Shown: positions 51,264 to 61,943, counted from the stretch's first letter. The stretch: DNA of 64,000 nt from Nitrosopumilus sp. (GCA_965206745.1 OZ242220.1:416001-480000), one strand, 5' to 3'. A program made the numbers and translations. The notes: generated from the letters alone by a model not told the origin.

Positions 51264-52010
51264 ATGTATCTAACTGGTGGGTATGATAGTACTTGGCTAA
51301 ATAACTTATATCTTCGTAATACTGCAACAACTACAAAATCATGCCAAATTGATTTTTTTGATGAAAAGGGCGGAAAAATATATGAAATAAAACAAATAGA
51401 AATAAATCCTTATGGTATGAATATAGTCAACCTTCAAGATTATAAAGAATTAGAATCACAGAAAGGATTATTCATTATCTGGGCAGATTCTGGAATAAAA
51501 GGAGAACATTATATCTCTGCATACGATGGTGCCCCTTTACGAACAATTAAAGCATTGGATGAAGGATTACCGCCGTTTAATTCACGAGGACTTTCAATTT
51601 TTATTAGTTATTCCATGAAAGACGAAAATGAAAATTTGTATGGATTAATTAGCAGATTTGTAAAAACAATCGGATTTTCTGTGTTGTCTGCAAAAGAATC
51701 TGGAAGAATGGAACTTCCTCCAGGTACACAAATTACAGATATGATTTCTGAATCTCATGCAATGATTGCAATTTTAACAAAAGATATCCACCCTCAGAAC
51801 AACACAGAAGAATTATTTTATCCTAGTCATAATGTAATTGATGAGATAGGGCAAGCAAGTAAGTTACCTGTTATTTTATTGGTTGAAGAAGGAACTAAAG
51901 TTCCATCCAATATAGAAACTAGATCCACATATATCCAATTTTCAAAAAATAATTATGGTGAAATGTTAGTTAATTTGATGGAAAACATGAAAAATTCGGG
52001 ATTTGCTTAA
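51264..52010 (+). CDS. TIR-like domain protein with beta-rich N-terminal domain
   Basis: IFISYS...IAILTKD...NVIDEIGQA...VPSNI. Confidence 0.7.
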   Translation: MYLTGGYDSTWLNNLYLRNTATTTKSCQIDFFDEKGGKIYEIKQIEINPYGMNIVNLQDYKELESQKGLFIIWADSGIKGEHYISAYDGAPLRTIKALDEGLPPFNSRGLSIFISYSMKDENENLYGLISRFVKTIGFSVLSAKESGRMELPPGTQITDMISESHAMIAILTKDIHPQNNTEELFYPSHNVIDEIGQASKLPVILLVEEGTKVPSNIETRSTYIQFSKNNYGEMLVNLMENMKNSGFA

Positions 52011-52262
52011 TCTGTTTTTGTTTGAGAGATATTATCATTAACATCGAAATATCAAAAATTAATTCTTAAAAATATGAGACCAAGATGATAATTGATATAT
52101 GTTTAGAAAATAAAAAGAGGATCAAATTAACAAATCTTGCTTAGATGTCATAGAACCACGTTTATCAAATTTGTAACCTGGGAAAGATATTGATCTGACG
52201 AAGATTTGACCAGACCCTTGGATCATCATATTTATATTCTAACATGGTAATACTATGAAATA

Positions 52263-52667
52263 ATGAAGGATGTGAAAATAGTATTTACTGATAGAATTCA
52301 AGATATACAAACAAACCTTCAAAATGCAAATTATTCTGTTTGTAATAGAATTTCTCATGATTTGGTAACCTTTGCATGGAATCTAGAGTTAAAGGATGAG
52401 GTATTCATAAGCGAGGTTTTAGAAAGTGTGTTTGGCAATCTGGAAGAGACATCTGCACAATACAATATTCCAAAAAACATCCAAGAAAAAATTGTTTCAG
52501 ATGTCTCAGAAAAAATCAAATTGTTAAGGGAGACATATGAGACTAAAGATCCATGTAAACTATATGAAAGTCTCAAGCAATTACGTTATGTTACAACGCA
52601 ACATCAGCTGCATGTATGGCAACGTTGTGATATGCCATCTCAAATATCGAGGAGAATAATTAGATAA
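52263..52667 (+). CDS. Hypothetical protein
   Basis: 134-aa ORF; TTTATAT box upstream. Confidence 0.6.
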   Translation: MKDVKIVFTDRIQDIQTNLQNANYSVCNRISHDLVTFAWNLELKDEVFISEVLESVFGNLEETSAQYNIPKNIQEKIVSDVSEKIKLLRETYETKDPCKLYESLKQLRYVTTQHQLHVWQRCDMPSQISRRIIR

Positions 52668-52676
52668 GGATGAGAT

Positions 52677-53081
52677 ATGACAAAAATATCTGAAAATAAA
52701 TATGTGTTTGAATCAGAACACAATATGGCTACATTAAGTTATGTTAAAAAAGAACTTCAAAATAATTCCTCTGAAAATTCAAACAACATACAACATTTGA
52801 CTATTGAATTATGTGACTTAATTGAAAGAATTTTGAAAAATCAAAACGAAATGCAACAACAACTTGAAGATAATGGTTTTGATAAGAATCAATCAAACAA
52901 CGATGTTGATAATTTTAATTTGGATAAAGAAAGTGTAAAGAAAATAATATTAAAAGAAATTAGTGTAGGGCAGATATTTTATCCAAGTGACATAGCTAAT
53001 GAATACAGTTTAGATTTACGAATGGTCATGACAATAATGGATGAATTAAAAGAAAGCAAGCAGATTATTGAAAATATGTAG
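52677..53081 (+). CDS. Hypothetical protein with C-terminal winged-helix
   Basis: FYPSDIANEYSLDLRMVMTIMDELKESKQI; GGATGAG RBS-like. Confidence 0.65.
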   Translation: MTKISENKYVFESEHNMATLSYVKKELQNNSSENSNNIQHLTIELCDLIERILKNQNEMQQQLEDNGFDKNQSNNDVDNFNLDKESVKKIILKEISVGQIFYPSDIANEYSLDLRMVMTIMDELKESKQIIENM

Positions 53082-53087
53082 AGCGAC

Positions 53088-53264
53088 ATGCCGAGTTATT
53101 ATAAAAATGGGGATTGTATACGAGGTGAACGCATTGCATGTCAATGTAGAAAAAAGAATAGCGAAAAAGTCATACCGATGACTGGAAATCATAGAGGAAC
53201 ACGAATAATTCTATCTGGCAACACATATTGTGTAATTGAAGTAGAAATGATGAGAATTGCTTGA
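53088..53264 (+). CDS. 58-aa hypothetical protein
   Basis: Hand translation MPSYYKNGDCIRGERIACQCRKK...VIEVEMMRIA; starts 6 bp after the previous stop. Confidence 0.5.
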   Translation: MPSYYKNGDCIRGERIACQCRKKNSEKVIPMTGNHRGTRIILSGNTYCVIEVEMMRIA

Positions 53265-53357
53265 ATCTATGTCTGATTAGGTGTGTTGGCTATGTATTTA
53301 ATCGGGGGATCAGGTTTTACCGGAAGATAAACAATGAAATACAGATCTTCTCCAGAT

Positions 53358-53629
53358 TCAAATCAATATTGATTGAATTTGGTTAAATTGCATTATCAGG
53401 CCAGTTAATACCAATATTACGCCTAAACCTCTAATACGTTTCTTATTTGATTGAAGGATTTGGTTCAATCTATCAGTTAATTTATCATCCGGTTCTAATT
53501 TTGGATTTTTTTTATTTTATAAATCATAAATCCTGCAATAATCAATATCATTATTTTCTTAATCATAAATTCAAAGAGTAGTACAAACCCAGCCAATTCT
53601 AAGATTATTCCAACATCGCCAAGATACAA
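53358..53629 (-). pseudogene. Small membrane protein gene frameshifted in an A8 tract
   Basis: LYLGDVGIILELAGFVLLF...YKIKK then, after adding one A, NPKLEPDD...GLGVILVLTGLIMQF; T8 at 53506-53513. Confidence 0.6.
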
Positions 53630-53900
53630 TTTTATGAGTTGATCTCAATACGACATTAACCTATCTATTACAAATTGTTATTCTATTGTACGAGAATTAG
53701 TTGGCCTTAATTTTAAAAGAATCTACAGGCGAATATTTAAGATTTTATCGATCAAGAATATCAATGGTAAACAGAATGTTCAAGTTCATACCATTGGAGA
53801 TAGTTGAAATCCAGCGATTGTACAGGTGAGTAGTTCATCAATCTACTGACCAGTACATGATTAAAAAAATCTTTTATACATATTGTTATATTAAATTTCT

Positions 53901-54497
53901 ATGAAATCGCTGAAACGATCAAAAACATATCCCATCGATCCTTCATACAAAAAAAAGAAAGATAGAAAAGAAAAGTTTCATAATGAAAAAGAAAATAAAT
54001 CTTATGATGATAATTCTGAGAATTATCTTATAGATACAAATGTTCTATATGATATGTATTATGATTCATCTGCCTGTGAAAAATTAAAAAAGCATTCAAA
54101 TAAAAAGAAAATTAATTTACATATTATAGAGCAAATAAAAGATGAGTTTAAATTTCTCATAGTTAATAAACTACCTGAAAAATATGATGAATTTCAAGAT
54201 GATCAGAAAAAAAATAAATTCAAAAAGACATTGAAAAAGCTAGGTAAATTTAACTATATTGAATCCCCAAGAAATTCTAAGGATTGGATTTGGGCAGATA
54301 ACTTTCGTAAAACCAAAGGAAAGGAATATAAAAATTACCACGGACAAGGATTAAGTATTGAAGATTGCTTGTTATACCGATATTATTTAATTAATTCGAA
54401 CTATGAATTGATTACAAATGATAAGCAATTAAAAATTGCTGCAGGAGAAATAAAAGAAAAATTTAGACCAAAAATGATTTTTGATCCATTATTGTAA
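53901..54497 (+). CDS. PIN domain protein
   Basis: YLIDTNVL, IKDEF, SIEDCLL, LITNDKQL. Confidence 0.8.
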   Translation: MKSLKRSKTYPIDPSYKKKKDRKEKFHNEKENKSYDDNSENYLIDTNVLYDMYYDSSACEKLKKHSNKKKINLHIIEQIKDEFKFLIVNKLPEKYDEFQDDQKKNKFKKTLKKLGKFNYIESPRNSKDWIWADNFRKTKGKEYKNYHGQGLSIEDCLLYRYYLINSNYELITNDKQLKIAAGEIKEKFRPKMIFDPLL

Positions 54498-54623
54498 TAT
54501 AATTTTTATTTTATTATCGAGATATGTAAGAGAAAATCTTCGTGAGCTATTTAACTTCTTATTTAGATGCCTGATTTTTGACCAGAGCCAGCTGGAGTGT
54601 TGTAAATGAAAAACTTCTCAAAA

Positions 54624-55190
54624 TTAACGTCTATGCCTAAAATTTGATTTTTGCCCAAGTCTTGTATTTCTTTTAAGACTATCAATTTCTCTTTTCATAT
54701 TTTGAACTTTTTTCATCAGCATAACTATCAATGACCCATGTTCATTATACAACATCCTATCAAGACATTCCTTACTTGAAAGTATATGATCAAATTCCTC
54801 CTTTTTATTTTTAAATAATGTATCACATTTCTTACATTGGAATAAATGATGAATTTCAAATAAATGAGACAATAATTTATTTTTATCAGCCGGTGAACTA
54901 TTCGCAAAAATTCTATCATCATCAAGAAATTCATAATCATCACAATACACACATCTAGTATATCTTGAAAAATTATGACTAAAATCATTATACTCATTAT
55001 AATCTGTAGAATTTGGACATTTAAGTTTCCTATCTTGAATATCTTTCTTACCACACAAATAGCTATTATTATGTTCATCACATGCAAAAAATCCACAATT
55101 CTTACATTTATACACTGTCTGTGAAAACATGGAAGATTCATTACATAAAAGCACCTTATCACACTTGCCACATTTTATCTCACTAGCCAT
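54624..55190 (-). CDS. Cys-rich multi-zinc-finger protein
   Basis: Several CxxC; CVYC...HLFEIH and CKKC...H C2H2-like. Confidence 0.65.
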   Translation of the reverse strand: MASEIKCGKCDKVLLCNESSMFSQTVYKCKNCGFFACDEHNNSYLCGKKDIQDRKLKCPNSTDYNEYNDFSHNFSRYTRCVYCDDYEFLDDDRIFANSSPADKNKLLSHLFEIHHLFQCKKCDTLFKNKKEEFDHILSSKECLDRMLYNEHGSLIVMLMKKVQNMKREIDSLKRNTRLGQKSNFRHRR

Positions 55191-55484
55191 TAATACACAA
55201 TCAACTTTAATGTAATAATAGTTTTTAAATTTTTTATTGGAACAATAAAAGAATGATTATACAATGTATTGTCACATCCATCATGCCCAATACCTACATT
55301 TTTGATTCTATATACAATCGAATTATTATCAGATATAATTAATAAATGCAATTCTTTGAATTCAACAAGATCAATATCTACAGAATTTTAACAAAACTCG
55401 AATAATTGAATCTATTTTCATTAATGACTAGAATTTTTCTCTAGATAACTTGATTCAATCGCTGTAAAATTTTGATTTAAAATC

Positions 55485-55754
55485 CTAATTAGATCCTGCG
55501 TATGTCTTTATTTTCCTAGCAAAATCTCTCAAATCACTAAAAACATACTTAACTTCAAATAATACACATTGTTTCTTTAGATTATCATCGTTTGTTACCA
55601 CAACAAGATTTTCTTTATTTGCAAATTTAGCCACATCTGAATCACTTGATTTCAACGGTGGACAATTTTCATCTCCTATTCTTCTGTATTTTAACTCAAA
55701 TACATCTAGATACCTGTCCAATCCTAGTACATTTTCATCTAAAAGAAATTCCAT
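55485..55754 (-). CDS. Mut7-C/DUF5615-type PIN-like protein
   Basis: FLLDENV...SDSDV...VVVTNDDNL. Confidence 0.75.
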   Translation of the reverse strand: MEFLLDENVLGLDRYLDVFELKYRRIGDENCPPLKSSDSDVAKFANKENLVVVTNDDNLKKQCVLFEVKYVFSDLRDFARKIKTYAGSN

Positions 55755-56093
55755 TTTCTACACTATTGTTTCTGAAAATTTTGAATTAAATCTTTCTTAA
55801 TAATTAAATCTCACGAATGGATCTTTTAGAGACATCTTACTTTAATGGCTGGGTTGATGCCAAAGATATTTTTTAATCTTATAAATTCAAATATTTCTGA
55901 TCTTTTTTTGTGCAAAATGCATCAAGTTTTTGATCACCACTGCAAAGTTTCTCTGCCTTTTTCCCTCAAAATTCACCTGTTCTCTGATTTTCTTTAAAAT
56001 AGTTGATATTTTACCCCCCATCCACTAGAAAAAGGCTGCAAATCCATCCAAAATCGTCGATTTGTTGATATAGTCGATTCGTGTAGTTTCTGT

Positions 56094-56333
56094 ATGGCAA
56101 CAGCTTATGTTCTGATAAACTGTGAACTGGGTTCTGAGGAGGCTATTATTCAGCAGCTAAAGGGCTTGGATGGTGTCAAGGAAGTTCATGGAACTTTTGG
56201 CGCATACGATATTTTGGCCAAGATCGAGTCTGATACCGTTGAGAAACTTAGAGAGACAATTACCTGGAAGATCAGAAAAATCGAAAAGATTCGCTCAACT
56301 CTAACCTTGATGGGTATTGAAGGCCAAACATAA
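56094..56333 (+). CDS. Lrp/AsnC ligand-binding domain protein
   Basis: AYVLINCELG, GTFGAYDILAKI, IRSTLTL. Confidence 0.93.
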   Translation: MATAYVLINCELGSEEAIIQQLKGLDGVKEVHGTFGAYDILAKIESDTVEKLRETITWKIRKIEKIRSTLTLMGIEGQT

Positions 56334-56351
56334 ACACCTTTTTTTCTTATT

Positions 56352-56921
56352 ATGATCCTGCATTTTATCTTCCTAGTGCGCAGCGAGGATCGTCCCAAAC
56401 GGCAGTTCGAGTTTGAGTATGTCAAAAAGATGGCCAGGTTTTACCAGGTATGGCTGAAACAAAACTTTGGGAAGGACTTTGAGATTCAATGCGACGAGAT
56501 GATTACAACGCCTACCAGCATCTTACAGCGCCCGGACACGCATACGCTGGTGCGTGATCACAACCAGCGGGGACAAGACACATACCATTTCTATCTGGCC
56601 CACTTTAAACCGTGGTGGACTGACTGCACCTGTGATGGGTATCATGCTGAAAATTTTGGAATGATACATTGGCAGTCCCCAAAGGAGCCTGGCAACACTT
56701 TATTTCTTGCAGAGAAAAACTGCACCACTGTATCGCACGAACTAATTCACGAGATGCTGAGAGTCAGCGGACACAAAAAATTCATCCAGGACGTGCATGA
56801 CGTGTGGACCAGGCATCTCTTTGAGCAGCTAGAGTTTGAGCAGTACGGCGAGGATTTCCAGAGGACTGATGGCAAACCCATGTTCCTTACCATGGATACC
56901 TCGCAGTTTGCCCTGCAGTAA
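56352..56921 (+). CDS. Conserved hypothetical protein with HExxH motif
   Basis: VSHELIHEML. Confidence 0.7.
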   Translation: MILHFIFLVRSEDRPKRQFEFEYVKKMARFYQVWLKQNFGKDFEIQCDEMITTPTSILQRPDTHTLVRDHNQRGQDTYHFYLAHFKPWWTDCTCDGYHAENFGMIHWQSPKEPGNTLFLAEKNCTTVSHELIHEMLRVSGHKKFIQDVHDVWTRHLFEQLEFEQYGEDFQRTDGKPMFLTMDTSQFALQ

Positions 56922-56932
56922 AATTTCCACAT

Positions 56933-57565
56933 CTAGCATTTGGTGACTGAGTAGATGTTGTTCTCAAAGTTTGCAGTCTTGAAATCCAGCTTGTTTTCAG
57001 GATCATTGGTTCTTGACTTGCTTAGCGTTTCCAGCTCTACAAGCGCATCGCCCCTGAATCCCACTGATGAGCCGTAAATTCCATCAGTCAGCATGGTTCC
57101 GTGATCCCCCTTTTTGATGTCATCTACCATGTCGTAGAATCTGGTCGTCTCTTTTTTATTTACCGGGTTTCCAGTTGCCTTGTTGTGTGCAATTGCTATG
57201 TACATTCCGTTGTTTTTGACTGTAACTGAGACCTTGTGATTTTTGCCAGATGCCCCGGGAATCGTATCGTTTACTATCACCTCGCACTTGTGATACATGC
57301 TTGATACGTATGCAAAGAACCTGTACTGCGCATACTTTCCTGCCACATCTTCTGCACACTCGACAAAGACCCTGTGTAGTAATTGCAAGGCGTCATCGTT
57401 CATACTTTGCAGCCTGTCATCTATCCTTCCCCTCTCGAGGAGCTCTGACTTGCATTCCTTTGCGACTAGGACCAGGATAAAGTCCGGCAGGTTGTAGTTT
57501 TTCAGGGCCGCAACAAATGCGCCTGCCTGCGACATGCCAAACTTTGGAAATCCCTTATTGACCAT
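56933..57565 (-). CDS. Conserved hypothetical protein
   Basis: 210-aa ORF; GGTG RBS-like sequence upstream. Confidence 0.7.
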   Translation of the reverse strand: MVNKGFPKFGMSQAGAFVAALKNYNLPDFILVLVAKECKSELLERGRIDDRLQSMNDDALQLLHRVFVECAEDVAGKYAQYRFFAYVSSMYHKCEVIVNDTIPGASGKNHKVSVTVKNNGMYIAIAHNKATGNPVNKKETTRFYDMVDDIKKGDHGTMLTDGIYGSSVGFRGDALVELETLSKSRTNDPENKLDFKTANFENNIYSVTKC

Positions 57566-57725
57566 AGTCGCACCTCGATTTGAAATATTTATCTTTAATA
57601 TACAACAATGTATTAAAAAGTCGCTTTTGGCTTATAATTGTTGAGGATTAACCCAAGGTGTAATCGGGACAAATCAAATCTTTTAATTGCAAATATTAAA
57701 TTCAGGGATTAATTTACCATCTATT

Positions 57726-59990
57726 GTGGAGATAGATACTACTGTAGAACTTGTTTCTGATGTTTATTTGAAGTTAAGGGAGAATATTGCAAGATACCGA
57801 GATGTGGTCAAAAGACCGCTGACACTTACTGAAAAGATCCTCTCTGGCCATCTTGATAAAATTGATGGTACCGTCTTTGCCGGTGGAGTGGACTATGTAT
57901 TTTTAAAACCAGACAGGGTGGCACTGCAGGATGTGACAGGCCAGATGGTGATGCTCCAGTTTATGCAGGCAGAGTTAAAGCAGACGACCTTGCCGACAAC
58001 CGTCCACTGTGATCACCTGATCAGGGCAGAGGTTCAGGGTGACATAGACATGAAGGTGTCCCTTGATGAGAACAGCGAGGTCTTTAAATTTTTACAGTCC
58101 GCATCTGCAAAGTACGGATGCGGCTTTTGGAAGCCCGGTGCGGGAATCATTCACCAGGTGGTCCTAGAGAACTATGCGTTTCCTGGCGGGCTGATGATAG
58201 GTACTGACTCCCACACTCCGAATGCCGGCGGTCTTGGCATGATTGCTATTGGTGTCGGGGGACTTGATGCCGCTGAAACAATGGCAGGCCTGCCATGGGA
58301 GTTGCTTTATCCCAAAAAGATCGGCGTGAAACTGACTGGCAAGCTAAACGGATGGACTGCACCCAAGGACATCATACTAAAAGTCGCAGAGCAGCTGACT
58401 GTATCTGGAGGTACGAATGCAATTGTGGAATATTTCGGACCTGGAACAGAATCAATCAGCTGTACTGGAAAAGCTACAATTACCAACATGGGTGCGGAGA
58501 TTGGGGCGACCTGTTCTGTATTCCCGTACGACAAACGAATGGAGACCTATCTAAAATATACAGACAGAACCGACATTGCAGAACTTGCAAACCAGAATAA
58601 AGAGTCACTTGTTGCAGATGCCGAGGTCGAGTCAAATCCGGAAAAATTCTTTGACAGGGTAATTGAGATTGATCTCTCAACTTTGGAGCCCCACATCGTC
58701 GGCCCCCACACACCTGACCTTGCAAGGACGATTACAGAATTAGCTGATGATGTAAAGGACAAAGACTATGTGGATCCAATCTCTGTTGCGCTAATTGGCA
58801 GCTGTACAAACTCCTCTTATGAGGACATGTCAAGGGCAGCAGGCTTGGCAGAACAGGCAAAAGCTAAGGGAATCAAGGCAAAGATTCCATTGTTGGTGAC
58901 TCCGGGGTCTGAACAGATCCGTGGAACCATAGAGCGGGACGGGCAGATGGACTCCCTCAAGGACATTGGTGCGACGGTTCTGGCAAATGCCTGTGGCCCC
59001 TGCATTGGCCAGTGGAGCAGGCCTGAACTGGACGAGGATCAGCAAAACACCATCGTTACGACATTTAACAGGAATTTTCCGGGACGAAATGACGGAAGCA
59101 GGACCACGCTGAACTTTATTGGCAGCCCTGAGATGATAATTGCCCTGGCACTGGGCGGCAGGCTCTCATTTAATCCGCTCAAAGATGATCTTGTTGCATC
59201 AGACGGTACGCGATTCAAACTAGAGCCTCCAAAGCCTGCACCCGAGGTTCCAAAGGAGGGTTTTGTGAGACCCGAGGGAACCTTCATCGCACCACCGGCT
59301 AACTCTGATGATGTTACGGTACTAATTGATCCTGACAGCAAGAGACTGCAGCGTCTGGAGCCGTTCTCAAAATGGGACGGCAATGATTTTTGCGACATTC
59401 CAGTTATGGTAAAGGCTCAGGGCAAGTGCACCACTGATCACATATCCCCTGCAGGTGCATGGCTTTCTCTGCGGGGACACTTGGATAACCTCAGTGACAA
59501 CATGCTTTTGGGAGCAGTCAATGCGTTTAATGACAAGGTGGGTCACGGCAAGAATGTCCTAAATGACAAGGTGGAGCCATTCTCACAGATTGCAAGACAG
59601 TACAAGGAGAACAAGATGCGGTGGGTGATTATCGGTGATAACAATTATGGTGAGGGGAGCAGCAGGGAGCATGCCGCAATGACTCCGCGCTTTCTGGGAT
59701 GTGCTGCTGTAATCACAAAGAGTCTGGCCAGAATTCACGAGACGAACCTGAAAAAACAAGGCATCTTGGCATTGACGTTTGGGAATCCTGATGACTATGA
59801 AAAAATTCTACAAGATGACAAAATCAGTCTGCTTGATCTAGGTGAACTGGCACCGGGCAGACAAGTTAGATGTGTCATTTTACATGCTGATGGGGGAAAG
59901 GATGAAATTTTACTGAACCACTCTTACAACAAATCACAGATCGAGTGGTTCAAGGCAGGATCAGCACTCAACGTGTTGAGAAACAGATAG
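57726..59990 (+). CDS. acn: Aconitate hydratase
   Basis: HCDHL, GTDSHT, GSCTNSS, CGPCIG, TTDHISPAG, GSSREHAA; start placed at GTG 57726. Confidence 0.96.
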   Translation: MEIDTTVELVSDVYLKLRENIARYRDVVKRPLTLTEKILSGHLDKIDGTVFAGGVDYVFLKPDRVALQDVTGQMVMLQFMQAELKQTTLPTTVHCDHLIRAEVQGDIDMKVSLDENSEVFKFLQSASAKYGCGFWKPGAGIIHQVVLENYAFPGGLMIGTDSHTPNAGGLGMIAIGVGGLDAAETMAGLPWELLYPKKIGVKLTGKLNGWTAPKDIILKVAEQLTVSGGTNAIVEYFGPGTESISCTGKATITNMGAEIGATCSVFPYDKRMETYLKYTDRTDIAELANQNKESLVADAEVESNPEKFFDRVIEIDLSTLEPHIVGPHTPDLARTITELADDVKDKDYVDPISVALIGSCTNSSYEDMSRAAGLAEQAKAKGIKAKIPLLVTPGSEQIRGTIERDGQMDSLKDIGATVLANACGPCIGQWSRPELDEDQQNTIVTTFNRNFPGRNDGSRTTLNFIGSPEMIIALALGGRLSFNPLKDDLVASDGTRFKLEPPKPAPEVPKEGFVRPEGTFIAPPANSDDVTVLIDPDSKRLQRLEPFSKWDGNDFCDIPVMVKAQGKCTTDHISPAGAWLSLRGHLDNLSDNMLLGAVNAFNDKVGHGKNVLNDKVEPFSQIARQYKENKMRWVIIGDNNYGEGSSREHAAMTPRFLGCAAVITKSLARIHETNLKKQGILALTFGNPDDYEKILQDDKISLLDLGELAPGRQVRCVILHADGGKDEILLNHSYNKSQIEWFKAGSALNVLRNR

Positions 59991-60177
59991 GATTCTTTGA
60001 CGTGTGCCGTTGGCATAAAATTGAACGTGCTTTGCATGACTATTGGGCCATCAGGCAATATCCTACTTTGTGATATCTGGGAAGACAATCCCATGATTTT
60101 TCAATTGCACCCTGAAATATCTGAAAAACAATTTTTCCATAAAGGGAAATCTTGGATAAAATCTCCAAACTCCCATG

Positions 60178-60855
60178 TCACTTTTTTCTTAAAACCAACT
60201 CCCACTGTGACCATGTACCTGCGCCGGGTATGGTTCGTATTGTTTTGTTCTCATATGGCAGTATTACATATTCAAATTCTTTTGATAGAACATCGAGCTC
60301 TTGGCGTGAGTAAAAATGAATGTTGATGTCCTTCTTTGGACCTTCTGTGTATAGAACGGTCTTTCCATCAAAACTTGTTTCCTCAACTATTGTGTGTTTA
60401 TGGTAGATATCAGTAGAAACAGAATTGACGGACAAAAACAACAATCCGTCAGATTTTAACAGGCCTGATGTTTTTGCAAAATATTTTGATATCTCATCCC
60501 ATGTGCCGTGTTGAAATACCTGTATGGCTATGATATAATCAAAGAGCAGTGCTGAATTGAAATCTAGAAAACCAACACACTCTAATCTGTTTGCAGATTC
60601 AGTTGCCCTCTGTTTCAATCTGTCTATTGCTGCAGCCGATATGTCTATTCCAAATATGTCCAGTCCGTGTGCAATTAGGGGGACATAATTTCTTCCATTG
60701 CCGCATCCGACATACAAGCCACTGCCGTTTGATTTTTCAAGGCTATCCAAAGTCTGCATAATCGTACCAACAAACTTTGTTGGCGGTTCGTTCTCATATC
60801 TTCCACGTTCATATTCTTCATCCCATCTTTGAGAGACTATGCTGTCTTTTTGCAC
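60178..60855 (-). CDS. Class I SAM-dependent methyltransferase
   Basis: YVGCGNGRN, GIDIS, LLKSDGLLF. Confidence 0.85.
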   Translation of the reverse strand: MQKDSIVSQRWDEEYERGRYENEPPTKFVGTIMQTLDSLEKSNGSGLYVGCGNGRNYVPLIAHGLDIFGIDISAAAIDRLKQRATESANRLECVGFLDFNSALLFDYIIAIQVFQHGTWDEISKYFAKTSGLLKSDGLLFLSVNSVSTDIYHKHTIVEETSFDGKTVLYTEGPKKDINIHFYSRQELDVLSKEFEYVILPYENKTIRTIPGAGTWSQWELVLRKK

Positions 60856-61137
60856 AATTTTTAATTGTTAATCTTGATATTAATCAGTTTCATTTCAGTG
60901 CTTTTTTTATTAACGGCATGCAAGTCTGAATTTCCAAAGTCTTGAATCTAAAAAGGATCTGCATTGTATATACACAACTTTACACTCTTGCATCACATTT
61001 ATCCCTGCTGTACATTATGCCGACAGAGATGATTCACAAAATTGCATGATATGACTGATTTTAAAACAATGACTGCGAGTCTATCCATTACAGGAAAAAG
61101 CCCACATGGCTCAAGATATCTGACATTGGTTGTGACG

Positions 61138-61291
61138 TGGGGCCGACCGGAATTGAACCGGCGACCTACGGGTCACTACAGCTCCAAACTTACATCATCC
61201 GTGAGTCAGTTTAGCTTAGTTAACCTTTGGAGCCCTTAGCGGTGATCTTTTTCGTAGACACTGTCGCCCTACCAGGCTAGGCTACGACCCC
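61138..61291 (-). tRNA. tRNA-Trp(CCA) with two introns (61236-61262 at position 28/29; 61174-61226 at 37/38)
   Basis: Removing both introns gives a 74-nt cloverleaf with ACGGG-CT-CCA-AA-CCCGT; BHB-like junctions. Confidence 0.85.
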
Positions 61292-61379
61292 ACAAACAAG
61301 AATGAAATGGACTTGAATTTTAAGTTATTTTTAACCAAGATTTATTTGCGATACAGGCTAATTCGTAGCTGTTAATCAT

Positions 61380-61913
61380 ATGGTAAAGTCAGTTTACATA
61401 CTATTGGGGGCCATTCCGGTCATTGCAGCCCTCCTGCTTGTCACCCCCTTACTGCTAAAAAATGAGATTCCCACATCTGCGGCAAATCACACAGATAACC
61501 TTGAAATCCAATACACCAAGCACCAGCTCAAAAAGATCTCCTATGGCGTAACAGAGCGGATTGGGGCCCAAAAGACCGAGATTCTCTACATCAAAAATAA
61601 CGGCGACATAAAATATTCAATAACTGAAGAGGGATACATCAAGCCTGATGTTAGCTCAAAGCTAGGTGAGGCCCAACTCAACAAGATCAAGGCATTAATC
61701 AAGGAGACAGGCTTTATTGCAATCCCGTCTGAATCCTTTGAGGTGATGGAAAATGCCACGCAGTACCAGAAATCAAACATCAAGGTCACACTCAACGGGC
61801 GTGACAACCATATTCACTGGCCGCAACAAAACGTCACAGAAGATTTCATTCCGCCGATAATCACCATGGTCGAGTCTGAGCTGGATTCCATTATATCCGA
61901 ATTTGGTGAATAG
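61380..61913 (+). CDS. Hypothetical membrane-anchored protein
   Basis: N-terminal TM. Confidence 0.7.
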   Translation: MVKSVYILLGAIPVIAALLLVTPLLLKNEIPTSAANHTDNLEIQYTKHQLKKISYGVTERIGAQKTEILYIKNNGDIKYSITEEGYIKPDVSSKLGEAQLNKIKALIKETGFIAIPSESFEVMENATQYQKSNIKVTLNGRDNHIHWPQQNVTEDFIPPIITMVESELDSIISEFGE

Positions 61914-61943
61914 ATACAAATAGTCTTTAGGAAAAATTAACAC

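Noticed and set aside
56933-57565. Degenerate restriction-endonuclease fold (GASGKNHKV)
   Set aside because: Catalytic D and ExK residues are absent; similarity too weak to claim
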